The notes below the pieces were generated by a model. That model was not told the origin of the DNA. It did not search any database and worked only from the letters and a program-made list of their open reading frames with translations. The position numbers were made by a program, and so were the translations under genes. A DNA stretch of 38,075 nucleotides from an uncultured bacterium. GTDB lineage: Bacteria > AUK180. This document shows positions 1 to 9,094 of the stretch, piece by piece; position 1 is the first letter of the stretch, and each line of letters opens with the position of its first letter. Location: the NCBI GenBank assembly GCA_937863565.1, contig CALMGJ010000026.1, positions 1 to 38,075 on the forward strand. Reading direction: 5' to 3'.

Positions 1-256
1 TGTCCGAGAAATGTGTGCTTGTGACAAATGGGAAGTTTTCTCCGTATATGTAATCTGGCGACTCATCCTCGTTTTTGCTCTCCCTTTTAATGATGCACAG
101 AGAACGGGCATCTCCATTCTCATTTACTTCTCCCCATATGAATGTTTTCCCAAAAATAGGAGATGATTGTTCTATTAAATATTCATGAACTGGTTGTTCA
201 TAGCAATATAATAAAGTAATCACAAAAAAGGCAAGGTAAATAATAATACGCTTCAT
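1..256 (-). CDS. Partial (runs off window) secreted protein, N-terminus only; possibly Zn-dependent phospholipase C/S1-P1-like fold
   Basis: Not in the ORF track. Manual translation from ATG at 256 (ATGA overlap with the upstream stop) is open to the window edge: MKRIIIYLAFFVITLLYCYEQPVHEYL...EDESPDYIYGENFPFVTSTHFSD. Signal-peptide-like start. The fold guess is inference from the H...ED..D...THF.D pattern. Confidence 0.6.
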   Translation of the reverse strand, partial: MKRIIIYLAFFVITLLYCYEQPVHEYLIEQSSPIFGKTFIWGEVNENGDARSLCIIKRESKNEDESPDYIYGENFPFVTSTHFSD

Positions 257-1050
257 TTAAATATTACCTCAAAATTCATTCCTATTCTATAAGGGGATGA
301 GCCCTTTGTATAGTTATTAAAAAATAATTTAAATATGAGTTGGTTGATTTTATACAACAAACCAAATCTATGATAAGTTATAAAGAATTGCTCTGCTTCT
401 TTATGCCGGAGTTCTGTTTCATAATTGAGTCCAATATTAAAGCGTAGAAAATATTTTATTTTTATTAGTATGGCAAAGTCTAAAGCAAGTCCAACATGAT
501 AAGATAAGTGCTTCTTTTCATGCTCATAGTATACTGTTTCTTCTTCGCGTAAGAGAGAGCCCAAGGGATCCCAATATCCAAAATCAGGGAAATATCTAAT
601 CGGTATCTGTAAATATATTCGAGAGTGCTCTGAAATTATCGAAATAAACCGCCCTTGGAAGAACATGTAATATCGGAGTTTATTGTATATAACTTCTTCT
701 TCCGTTATTGAGCAACTTGAAAAATCCGTTGTCCATTCCCAGGTTTCTGTTTTTAGTTCTTCTGTAAAGAATTTTGCTTGTGACACAAATCCCAATTCAA
801 ATCTATTAAAGACGGGGAATTGATATTGTACCGTAATATCGCCAATGGTGTTGAGATCATGACAATAATAGACTTCGGTATATGCATCTATATTATAATT
901 CATCTCCGCAAGGACGGAGCTTCTTAGTTTATGATAATTCTCATACTCAAAATCAATGTAATCATTGTATGATAACCGTAAAGTTAAGGTGTTTGCTTCA
1001 AATGATAATACTGTATTAAATAGTACCAATAAAAATATTATTCTTTTCAT
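253..1050 (-). CDS. Hypothetical secreted protein, possibly an outer-membrane beta-barrel
   Basis: About 265 aa ORF with signal peptide MKRIIFLLVLFNTVLS, aromatic-rich alternating strands and C-terminal IGMNFEVIFK. ATG at 1050 overlaps the upstream TGA (GTG at 1053 is the alternative). AT-rich. Confidence 0.6.
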   Translation of the reverse strand: MKRIIFLLVLFNTVLSFEANTLTLRLSYNDYIDFEYENYHKLRSSVLAEMNYNIDAYTEVYYCHDLNTIGDITVQYQFPVFNRFELGFVSQAKFFTEELKTETWEWTTDFSSCSITEEEVIYNKLRYYMFFQGRFISIISEHSRIYLQIPIRYFPDFGYWDPLGSLLREEETVYYEHEKKHLSYHVGLALDFAILIKIKYFLRFNIGLNYETELRHKEAEQFFITYHRFGLLYKINQLIFKLFFNNYTKGSSPYRIGMNFEVIFK

Positions 1051-2006
1051 CACTCTGCCTCACAAGAGAATATCCTCATAAATCCCTCTTCGCCCGGATG
1101 CTCGGAATTAATGCCCGTGAACCATATCCTTATCTTGCCGCTTTCACTCATCCCGCAGGCGCCCCCCGCTCCGTATTTATAGTGTGTTTCATCCTTCCCG
1201 ATCACCGGCTCTTCGCTCATCTCAAGTATCCTGTTATCCTTCGACATTTCACCCGTGTGTACAGTGAGGTATCCATTCTCATCCTTGCCCCCGCAAAGGA
1301 ACAGCTTCGTTTTATCCTTAATGAACACTTTAAGCGAGAATATCCCTCTTGTCGTCCATCTTCCTCTATCCCCTGCTTTCACGAAACTTCCCGTATAATG
1401 CCATTCTATGCCGTTTTTAGATCTCAGCATATTCACATTCTCCCCGTCCGAATACCACATCAGATAATTATTATCCTCCTTTATGACCCAGGGCTCCCTT
1501 ACCCTTTTTTCTCCGTTCACCTTCCCGTATACGGGTAAAACCCTCTGTGTCCAGTTCTTCCCGTCTTCGGATTCCGCGTAGAAAATGAAGTTGTCCTCAT
1601 GCGTATTCCCCGCATACCACATCCTGTATATGTCCTTTCCTGTTTTTTTGTCCTTTTCATACAATACGCAGGGTTCCATAAGGTCTATCAATCCAAGATC
1701 AGTCAGTATGCCGCTATCAAGAACAACACCCTTTTTTATCCAATTGATGCCGTCATCCGATTCCGCAAGTCCTATTCTTGCCTTCTCATCCTTTCCATAT
1801 CCGGTATAAAACATCAGATATGTCCCGTTCACCTTCAATACGCAGGGATCGGATACGAAATACCCGTCGAACTCTCCCGGAAGTCCCGCATCGAGCGCAA
1901 GTTGCGGGGAAGATATTTCGGTTTCTCCCGCGAATAGTGAAATTTGTATTGAAACGAACAGCAGAACCGATATAAGGATGAATCCCCGAAGCCTCTGAAT
2001 GTTCAT
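1050..2006 (-). CDS. Secreted five-bladed beta-propeller glycoside hydrolase-like protein (GH32/GH43/GH130-like)
   Basis: Signal peptide; repeated blades SDPCVL..YLMFYTG..IGLAESDDGINW, EPCVL..YRMWYAG..YAESEDGKNW, EPWVI..YLMWYS..SKNGIEW; AGGAGG RBS at 2011-2016 (minus strand). Confidence 0.75.
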   Translation of the reverse strand: MNIQRLRGFILISVLLFVSIQISLFAGETEISSPQLALDAGLPGEFDGYFVSDPCVLKVNGTYLMFYTGYGKDEKARIGLAESDDGINWIKKGVVLDSGILTDLGLIDLMEPCVLYEKDKKTGKDIYRMWYAGNTHEDNFIFYAESEDGKNWTQRVLPVYGKVNGEKRVREPWVIKEDNNYLMWYSDGENVNMLRSKNGIEWHYTGSFVKAGDRGRWTTRGIFSLKVFIKDKTKLFLCGGKDENGYLTVHTGEMSKDNRILEMSEEPVIGKDETHYKYGAGGACGMSESGKIRIWFTGINSEHPGEEGFMRIFSCEAE

Positions 2007-2027
2007 ACCGCCTCCTTTTATTGTATT

Positions 2028-2057
2028 ATTATACTTCTTTCAATTTAATTTAGTCAA
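2028..2057 (-). promoter_or_regulatory. Putative sigma70 promoter for the GH-like gene and downstream genes
   Basis: Minus strand TTGACT (2057-2052), 18 nt spacer, TATAAT (2033-2028), upstream of the AGGAGG RBS. Confidence 0.65.
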
Positions 2058-2128
2058 GTTTTTCTTTGGAAAATTGTTCCTTGAGATGTGTTCGGTTCAG
2101 TATCTTTTAACCCGTGATCATTTTCTGC

Positions 2129-4036
2129 TTATCTATATTTTCCGAGTATTTCGAGGGCGGCCTTTTTTTTCGCGGGATCGGCGTCTTTGACGCCGGTATA
2201 TTTTCCGAGAAAATACCGCGCCTTTTCCCTGTCGCCCGCGGCATCGTAGATCACGCCCTTATAGAAAAGTATGTCGGGCCCGGAACGGACCCTTTCCGCC
2301 TCGATGATATAAGAAAGCGCCGCGCCGAGGTCGTTTTTCTCATAGGCCTTTAAAGCGGCAAGGACATTGACATTGTAAAGATTCGCTTCCATGCCGGGAT
2401 CCTTCTCTATGGCATAACCTTTCTTATAATATTCCGCCGATTTTCCGAACTCTCCTTTTCCCGAGAAATAATATCCGAGATTGTAAAAAAGATAGGCGTT
2501 ATGATCGCCCGTCGTTTCGGCTTTTTCAAGAAAGGTCATCTCCCCCGTTCTCAGGAACGAGAAATAGTGGCAGGTCGATACGAGATTGAGGAGCGCGGTC
2601 CCGCGCGCAATTTCCGGCGTTTCGATCTCCGTTCCCGGGCATTTTGAGGAATCTTTGGCAAAATACGGACCGCAGGGAACAAGCCGCGAGTCGATCTCCT
2701 CTATTCCCGAGTACGAATGGTAATAGATATTCTCAGTCCTCTGAAATAATGCGATCTCATTTTCCTTCCGCTCTTTCAACGATTCCGGCTGCCTGATAAT
2801 ATCATTGCGCGAGTATATACCGATATCGGGCCTGAAGCGCCTTACATATTTCTCATACAGGGTTATGAATGTGGGATTATCTCCCTTGACCACGAGAACG
2901 GCATTTTCCGGAAGGTCCTTCATCAATGCAATGCCGTAATTTTCATAGAACCCTCCGTCACGGACTGCCATTCCGCGAAAAGAAAAAAGTACAAGGGCGG
3001 CGGCAAGCAGCGTGTTCGCGATCATCGCGTGTTTCTTTTTAAGAAGACTCAGAAGGAACGCGTAAACAACGGCGGCGAAAGGGACTCCCGAGACGAAATA
3101 CTGGAGGAACACCTCCGCCTTCCTATATGTGAACGCGGCGGGGACAAGGAAGACGATCAGCGGAAAAGAAAAAAGAAGCAGGATAAAAACGCTTCTTACC
3201 GGCGCAGAGGCCTTTTTCATGAAAACCGCGGCTGCGGCCGCTATAACGGTGAAAACGACGCCCCAGCCCGCAATGAAAATAAGATAGAGATACCTCATCT
3301 TATCCCCGATCATACCGAGTCCCAAAAGGATCGGTTCATAATCGCGTCTCAGGATATAATCCAGGAAACGGTTGCCGTCCGCCGAAAAATTCCAGTTGTA
3401 AACTTCTGCATACCTTGCCCTGAAGGGAGCGTATAGACACAGGGCCAGCGGGAGCGTAAAGCAGAGGAATCCCGGCAGCGAGGGCCGGAATTTTTTTAAG
3501 ATCAGAATAACCGTTCCGGGAATGAAGAAAAAAAGATAGGCCTGATGCGACACCAGCCCGAGGCCCGATACAAAAAAGAAGAGCGGGCCGAATTCCCGTT
3601 CTCCGGCGGCGATCTTTATATGAAGATACAGTCCTGCGGAAAGGAGAAAAAAATAAAGGGCGTATACTTCGGCCACGGTGGAGGTCTCCCAGAACGGCGA
3701 CGTGAAGATCAAAGGCAATACGGCAAAAACGAGATGGTGCTTTTTGAAAATGTTTAAAATGGAGAGCATGAGGAAATATATTCCGCCGAGCGAGAAAAAA
3801 ACCGAAAAAAGATTGAAAAGGTATCCCTTCGCACCCGGAAAAGGAAGGCACAGAACGCGCATAAGCATAAGATAAAGAGAATATCCCGGAGGATGGGAAA
3901 GCGAATCGGTGAGGGCGGCGGTGATAAGTTCCGCCGAATCCCCTATTTGAACGGTTCGCGGGACCGTGGGAATGAGCACCGCGGCGGCGATCAGAAGAAC
4001 TGCGGCAAGGACGGGCGCATCGGATCTTTTTTTCAT
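2129..4036 (-). CDS. DUF2723 / TMEM260-like GT-C glycosyltransferase with C-terminal TPRs
   Basis: N-terminal GDSAELITAA...SHPPGYSLY, W..ST.AEVY, GLGLVSHQ, many TM helices, GDN..F..LY and RPDI motifs, TPR-like tail (YNLGYYF..KGEFGKSAEYYKKG). ATG 4036 preferred (GGGGA upstream) over the track's 4066. Confidence 0.8.
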   Translation of the reverse strand: MKKRSDAPVLAAVLLIAAAVLIPTVPRTVQIGDSAELITAALTDSLSHPPGYSLYLMLMRVLCLPFPGAKGYLFNLFSVFFSLGGIYFLMLSILNIFKKHHLVFAVLPLIFTSPFWETSTVAEVYALYFFLLSAGLYLHIKIAAGEREFGPLFFFVSGLGLVSHQAYLFFFIPGTVILILKKFRPSLPGFLCFTLPLALCLYAPFRARYAEVYNWNFSADGNRFLDYILRRDYEPILLGLGMIGDKMRYLYLIFIAGWGVVFTVIAAAAAVFMKKASAPVRSVFILLLFSFPLIVFLVPAAFTYRKAEVFLQYFVSGVPFAAVVYAFLLSLLKKKHAMIANTLLAAALVLFSFRGMAVRDGGFYENYGIALMKDLPENAVLVVKGDNPTFITLYEKYVRRFRPDIGIYSRNDIIRQPESLKERKENEIALFQRTENIYYHSYSGIEEIDSRLVPCGPYFAKDSSKCPGTEIETPEIARGTALLNLVSTCHYFSFLRTGEMTFLEKAETTGDHNAYLFYNLGYYFSGKGEFGKSAEYYKKGYAIEKDPGMEANLYNVNVLAALKAYEKNDLGAALSYIIEAERVRSGPDILFYKGVIYDAAGDREKARYFLGKYTGVKDADPAKKKAALEILGKYR

Positions 4037-4113
4037 CTTTATCCCCGGGTCAAGAACCCGCTTCAATATTTCTGGGTATCTGCCTTGAGAATTGCGGCAA
4101 TTCTTTTATTCGG

Positions 4114-4383
4114 TTATATGCTTCTTTCGTCCTTATACGAAATATCGGGCCCCTGGACCTTTGCGATCTTCTCCTCATTGCCGACGAGAAATTCGGATAT
4201 ATGTCCCAGGTCGTTCAGGTGAATGATCCCCGTTTCGGCGATATCCTCAACGGAGAGTTCGGACTTGAAGACGGTCACGCCTTCGAGCGTTCCGGCCGCT
4301 TTCAACGCTTCGTAACTTTTTTCGCAGAGAATGTTTATCAGATATCTGCCGTTTTTCAATTCTTTTACGAGAAGATATTTCAT
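4114..4383 (-). CDS. Small hypothetical protein
   Basis: 89 aa ORF with GGAGG RBS just upstream, co-oriented with its neighbours. No family recognised. Confidence 0.55.
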   Translation of the reverse strand: MKYLLVKELKNGRYLINILCEKSYEALKAAGTLEGVTVFKSELSVEDIAETGIIHLNDLGHISEFLVGNEEKIAKVQGPDISYKDERSI

Positions 4384-4435
4384 AATGCCTCCGTTTTACT
4401 AAATGATTTTACTGGAAAAAAGAAAAAAAAGCAAA

Positions 4436-5068
4436 TCACTCGTAAACGCGGTCGTTCACCTGAAGGCGAGTTACATAGATGATCTCGCAGGCCCCTCCGG
4501 CCTCATCATCCCTCGTCATGCTCGTTCTCCAGAAGAACCGGTTTCCCTTCATCACGCCGTCGATATCGATAAGAAAACCTTCAATATATACAAGGTCGTA
4601 TTTTTTGATTTTTTTCAGCGCTTGCTTAATATTCTCGTTCCGCGGCACAGCATGATTATTGCAGGAATGCGACCTTACATATTCGCGCGTTACAAGAAAA
4701 TTCTCGTCATAGCGGTATTCATACCATCTTCCGCTCTGTCTGATCCCCAGCCTCTTCAAATGTTCGGGTTTAGAGATCTTCCCCCAGGCCAAGGCAAGGT
4801 CCACCGGAGCAAGTGCGGCATCGTCCTCAAGCCAGTAGCTCTTTTTTGAAGCCACACGGGCATGGATATAGTATTCCGCTTTCGGAGTGACGGTAAAAAG
4901 CCCGTTTTTAGTCCTTACCGTAAAGGTCTCGGGTTCCTTTATATTGATCTGTTCGGGCTCGCCGAACTCTGCCTTTTCTGGAAACATGGCATAATTGCCC
5001 GAAGGGTTTCCTCTGCAGCAGAGTATGAACACGGCACCGAGAATGATGAGCTTTTTATACGATTCCAT
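4436..5068 (-). CDS. Conserved hypothetical lipoprotein
   Basis: MESYKKLIILGAVFILCC lipobox-like start; motifs PVDLALAWG, QSGRWY, NNHAVP, WRTSMTRDD..GGACEIIYV look like a conserved uncharacterised family. Start could be 5110. Confidence 0.65.
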   Translation of the reverse strand: MESYKKLIILGAVFILCCRGNPSGNYAMFPEKAEFGEPEQINIKEPETFTVRTKNGLFTVTPKAEYYIHARVASKKSYWLEDDAALAPVDLALAWGKISKPEHLKRLGIRQSGRWYEYRYDENFLVTREYVRSHSCNNHAVPRNENIKQALKKIKKYDLVYIEGFLIDIDGVMKGNRFFWRTSMTRDDEAGGACEIIYVTRLQVNDRVYE

Positions 5069-5171
5069 GTTATATTTTAACGGATTTTCCGAATTTTTCA
5101 AGAAAATCATCTAAACATTCATTTTTTCCAATTATAGCCATTTTTTAACGTGCGCAGGAGCGTTTCTCCAC

Positions 5172-5200
5172 TTGTAAAAAAGCCGAATTAATGGTAAAAT
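5172..5200 (+). promoter_or_regulatory. Putative sigma70 promoter (extended -10) for the long plus-strand gene run
   Basis: TTGTAA (5172-5177), 17 nt, TAAAAT (5195-5200) preceded by TG at 5192-5193; GAGG RBS before ATG 5218. Confidence 0.65.
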
Positions 5201-5217
5201 AAAAAGAGGCGTATTGT

Positions 5218-6249
5218 ATGGAACCACTACAGGACATATTAAAGAAAACTTCCGTTTCCGGACACGAGGGGGAACTGGGCAGTTTTATCATGGAAAGTTT
5301 CAAAAAGTGCCGGTTGAAAACGGAAACCTCCAAATGCGGCAATATTATCGGTGTTAAAAAGGGCTCTTCCGATAAAAGAAAGGTCCTTATCGACGCTCAT
5401 TACGATCAAGTAGGCCTTATCGTTAAGAAGATAGACGGTCCTTTCCTCCGGATCAAGAACATAGGCGGGATCGATTACCGTGTTCTCCCCGGCAGCGAGG
5501 TCAGGGTCTACGGTAAAAAGGTTCTGAGGGGGATCTTTGCGGCAAAGCCGCCTCATCTTCTCAGGAAGGGCGAAACGGATAAGGCCATTTCGTCTGATGA
5601 TCTGCTTGTCGATACCGGGCTTGATGAGAAAGAACTTAAAGATAATGTTTCCCCCGGGGATATCGTCGCCTATAATGTAGAACCCTTCACTTCCGGCAAA
5701 TATACGTTCGGAAGCGGGATCGACAACAGAGCCGGCGCACTGGTCCTTCTTAAACTTGCTGAATTTCTCCGCGACCACGAGGTGCGGGACACTGTTGTTC
5801 TGAGAACAACCGTAATGGAAGAGACAGGAGGACGCGGCGCGGCCATGGAAGAGGATTTCGATATCGCCGTCGTGATAGACGCCACATTCGCCAAGCAGCA
5901 GGGCACGAAGGACGATTGCGTTTTCAATCCCGATGACGGGATAACGCTTTCATACGGTCCCAATTATTCGAGACGGCTCACGAAAGAGATCGAAGAGATC
6001 GCAAAAAAACACGGGATCAAGACCCAAAGAGAGGTCGAGGAGAGCGTGAGGGGCACCAATGCTTTTCGTTATGCCGTGCTTTCCGGAGGCCATGAAGTGA
6101 TAGGGATCTCCTATCCGATGTACAATATGCATGCTCCCTGCGAAGCGGTTAAAAGCTCCCTTGTCGACAATATGGCCGATATGCTCATGCATTTCATCAT
6201 TGAATCGTCCGATGCAGGCCGGCACAAGACGGAAGGAGGAACAAGATGA
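5218..6249 (+). CDS. M42 family (TET-like) metallo-aminopeptidase, paralog 1
   Basis: SVSGHE, DAHYDQVG, IGGID, DNRAG, MEETG, IDATF and NMH metal-ligand motifs. Confidence 0.85.
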   Translation: MEPLQDILKKTSVSGHEGELGSFIMESFKKCRLKTETSKCGNIIGVKKGSSDKRKVLIDAHYDQVGLIVKKIDGPFLRIKNIGGIDYRVLPGSEVRVYGKKVLRGIFAAKPPHLLRKGETDKAISSDDLLVDTGLDEKELKDNVSPGDIVAYNVEPFTSGKYTFGSGIDNRAGALVLLKLAEFLRDHEVRDTVVLRTTVMEETGGRGAAMEEDFDIAVVIDATFAKQQGTKDDCVFNPDDGITLSYGPNYSRRLTKEIEEIAKKHGIKTQREVEESVRGTNAFRYAVLSGGHEVIGISYPMYNMHAPCEAVKSSLVDNMADMLMHFIIESSDAGRHKTEGGTR

Positions 6250-7271
6250 AATTCGCCTTGGAACTTTCGGATGAATTCGGACCTTCCGGACAGGAAGAAC
6301 GCGTTGCCGCTCTTATCAAAAAAGAACTTTCCGGCGCATCCCTTTCATTTGTGAGCGATCCCCTGGGTTCCCTGATCGCCGAGAAGATCGGAAGATCCAA
6401 AGGCCCCGGAATAATCCTTTCCGCACATATGGATGAAGTCGGTTTCATGATCTCACATATCCACGAGGACGGCACTCTTTCTTTCAGGATCATAGGCGGG
6501 ATCGATAAAAGAGTACTTCCCGGAAAGACCGTCGTGATAGGAGACGGCCGGGTAAAGGGTGTGATCATGGTGCCTCCGGTCCATCTTTCCAAAGGCGATG
6601 ATCCTTACGAAGCGGAGGACCTGCGGATGTTCATCGGTGCAGGATGTCTCGAGGAAGCCTCCGAGAGGGTCGGGGTCGGAGATTGCGCCGTTTTCGCAAC
6701 AAAGGCATGCAGAACGGGTGAAAGGCTCATGGGGAAGGCTTGGGATGACCGCATCGGCTGCTTTGTTCTGACCGAGATACTTAAAAAGAACTGGGATATA
6801 AACATAACCGGAATATTCACTGTTCAGGAAGAAGTGGGTTTGAGGGGTATTCAGACCGCGCTGCATCATGTGAAAGGCGAATTCGGGTTCGCCGTGGAAG
6901 GAACGACATCTTACGAAATACCCGCGGAGCCCGAGGTTTCACCCTCAACATGGCTTTCAAAAGGACCTGCGATAACGGCAATGGACAGGGCCTCGATCGG
7001 ATCCCCTTCGCTGAAAAAACTTCTGGAAGAAGTGGCAAAAAAGGGAAATATTCCCTTTCAGTACAAGAAGACGGCAACGGGCGGGACCGAAACGAAATTC
7101 CTTCAGCAGAACCGGACCGGCATGCAGGCAATATGCCTTTCCGTGCCTGTGCGTTATATACATTCACCGGCAGGCATCTGCTCCGAGGATGACGTGAAAA
7201 ATACCGTGCTTCTTCTCGAGAAGACGATGCGGCTTCTTGAGGCTAAATTAAAAAAAGTGTATGGAGGATGA
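6246..7271 (+). CDS. M42 family (TET-like) metallo-aminopeptidase, paralog 2
   Basis: GPSGQE, SAHMDEVG, GKAWDDRIG, QEEVGLRG, VEGT, RYIHSP; ATGA overlap with paralog 1. Confidence 0.9.
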   Translation: MKFALELSDEFGPSGQEERVAALIKKELSGASLSFVSDPLGSLIAEKIGRSKGPGIILSAHMDEVGFMISHIHEDGTLSFRIIGGIDKRVLPGKTVVIGDGRVKGVIMVPPVHLSKGDDPYEAEDLRMFIGAGCLEEASERVGVGDCAVFATKACRTGERLMGKAWDDRIGCFVLTEILKKNWDINITGIFTVQEEVGLRGIQTALHHVKGEFGFAVEGTTSYEIPAEPEVSPSTWLSKGPAITAMDRASIGSPSLKKLLEEVAKKGNIPFQYKKTATGGTETKFLQQNRTGMQAICLSVPVRYIHSPAGICSEDDVKNTVLLLEKTMRLLEAKLKKVYGG

Positions 7272-7274
7272 TAT

Positions 7275-8288
7275 ATGTCTTTTGATACGGCATTACTGAA
7301 AAAACTGACAGAGGCCTTCGGCCCTTCGGGGAGAGAGGGCGATGTCGAGAGCATCGTCACCGAACATCTCAAATCGCTCAAACTTGCACCGAAAAAAGAC
7401 CAGAACGGAAATGTCAGCGTGACACTTGGTAAGGGCGGCAAGAAGATCATGCTCGCGGCCCATATGGACGAAGTGGGCGTGATGGTCTCATATATAGACG
7501 AGAAAGGTTTTCTGAAGATATCGCCGGTCGGGTTCATCTACCCCGAACAGCTTTTGGGCAACAGGGTCCTTTTCGACAACGGAAAGTGGGGTGTTTTTTC
7601 CTTTGAAAAGACGATGCCTAAAGTGAAGGTGGATATGGATTCGGTTTTCGTGGATGTCGGGGCAAAAGACAGGGCCCGGGCGGAAAAGGATTTTCCCGTA
7701 GGGACCTTCGGCGTATTTCATCGCGAACTGACTGAACTTGAGGGCGGAAGGATGCTCGCCAAAGCCTTTGACGACCGGATCGGGGTTTATATTCTTATCA
7801 AAACGATCGAGGCGCTTAAGGACAGGGAGCTCAAGAACACCTTGCATTTCACTTTTACCGTTCAGGAGGAGTTCTCCGGCCTCGGGGCGCAGACCTCGGG
7901 ATATGCTTTCGCTCCGGATATGGCGATAGCTGTAGATGTGACCGATTCCGACGATACGCGCGAGAAAGTACACCTCAATATGGTGCTTGACGGAGGCCCT
8001 GCGGTCAAAGTGATGGATTCCTCCCTGATCTCGCATCCCGCACTGAAGAACTATTTCATCGGTGTCGCAACTGAAAAGAAGATACCTTTTCAGCTGGAAG
8101 TGCTTCCATTCGGCGGCACGGACGCGGGAACGCTTTCGCTTCTCCATAAAGGGGTGCCGGCCATCTGCATATCCATTCCCACAAGATATATACACACGCC
8201 CTCGGAGATCATATCCAAGGATGATGTGAATAATTCCGTGAGGCTTCTCGAAGAGGCGCTTATAGGGAAAATAGGCGAGATCATATGA
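7275..8288 (+). CDS. M42 family (TET-like) metallo-aminopeptidase, paralog 3
   Basis: GPSGRE, AAHMDEVG, KAFDDRIG, QEEF, AVDVT, GGTDAG, RYIHTP; GGAGG RBS. Confidence 0.9.
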   Translation: MSFDTALLKKLTEAFGPSGREGDVESIVTEHLKSLKLAPKKDQNGNVSVTLGKGGKKIMLAAHMDEVGVMVSYIDEKGFLKISPVGFIYPEQLLGNRVLFDNGKWGVFSFEKTMPKVKVDMDSVFVDVGAKDRARAEKDFPVGTFGVFHRELTELEGGRMLAKAFDDRIGVYILIKTIEALKDRELKNTLHFTFTVQEEFSGLGAQTSGYAFAPDMAIAVDVTDSDDTREKVHLNMVLDGGPAVKVMDSSLISHPALKNYFIGVATEKKIPFQLEVLPFGGTDAGTLSLLHKGVPAICISIPTRYIHTPSEIISKDDVNNSVRLLEEALIGKIGEII

Positions 8289-9094
8289 AACCGGAGTTAA
8301 AAGCGGCAGAGCACATTCGTAAAAGATTCAAGGAAAGAACGGATTGGGCTCTCGTGCAGGGCTCCGGCATCAATGCCTTTCCTGAAGGGACAGAGGCGGC
8401 CGCAACTTTCCGGTATTCCGATATACCGGGGTTCCCCGTTTCAACCGTTGCCGGTCACAAGGGCGAACTTGCTTTCGTAAAATTCAAGGATTCTTTCATA
8501 GCCGTGTTCAAGGGAAGAGTACATTACTATGAGGGCTATTCTTCCTGGGATACCGTTTTCCCTATGCGTTTGGCAAAAGAGCTCGGAGTGAGGAACGCGG
8601 TCCTGACCAACGCCGCCGGATCACTTGATAAAGATATCGCGCCCGGCGATCTTGCGGTGATTCGCGATACGATCAATTTTGCTCAGGTGAACCCCTTCAT
8701 CGGAGTGATCCCGGAAGAAGGAGAGCGTTTCATAGATATGGGGAATGCCCTTTCACCTGATCTTATCGATACGGCAAAGACCGTATTCCAAAAACTCGGG
8801 TTGCCGTTTAAACAGGGTGTCTACGTGTATCTTACCGGCCCGTGTTATGAAACTAAGGCCGAGGTGAGAATGCTTTCGGGTATAGGCGGAAGCCTTGTGG
8901 GTATGTCCACTGTGCCTGAGATCATCTTCGCCAAACAGGCCGGTATAAGAACGTTTGCGTTGTCTTTATGCACGAATTTCGCCGCCGGAATGTCCGGCTC
9001 TTCTTTAAGTCATGAGGAAGTGATTGAAACAGGCAGAAAGGCACAGGGAGATCTTGTGCGTTTTTTCAGGGAATTCTTTGATGTTCTACTCTAA
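8285..9094 (+). CDS. punA: Purine nucleoside phosphorylase (trimeric family)
   Basis: GSG, IPGFPVSTVAGHKG, GRVHYYEG, TNAAG, GPCYET.AE, VGMSTVPE, TN.AAG, LSHEEV. Confidence 0.9.
   Translation: MKPELKAAEHIRKRFKERTDWALVQGSGINAFPEGTEAAATFRYSDIPGFPVSTVAGHKGELAFVKFKDSFIAVFKGRVHYYEGYSSWDTVFPMRLAKELGVRNAVLTNAAGSLDKDIAPGDLAVIRDTINFAQVNPFIGVIPEEGERFIDMGNALSPDLIDTAKTVFQKLGLPFKQGVYVYLTGPCYETKAEVRMLSGIGGSLVGMSTVPEIIFAKQAGIRTFALSLCTNFAAGMSGSSLSHEEVIETGRKAQGDLVRFFREFFDVLL

Noticed and set aside
4050-4135. Possible frameshift or read-through extending the 89 aa ORF
   Set aside because: Short open stretches exist past the stop, but there is no slippery site or homology evidence to support them.
5218-8288. 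Cellulase/endoglucanase label often attached to M42 proteins
   Set aside because: The motifs are those of dinuclear aminopeptidases; the cellulase label is a known misannotation.
9024-9080. Upstream GTG start of the RecJ-like ORF
   Set aside because: It would overlap punA by 71 nt; ATG 9081 gives a short overlap typical of this gene run.
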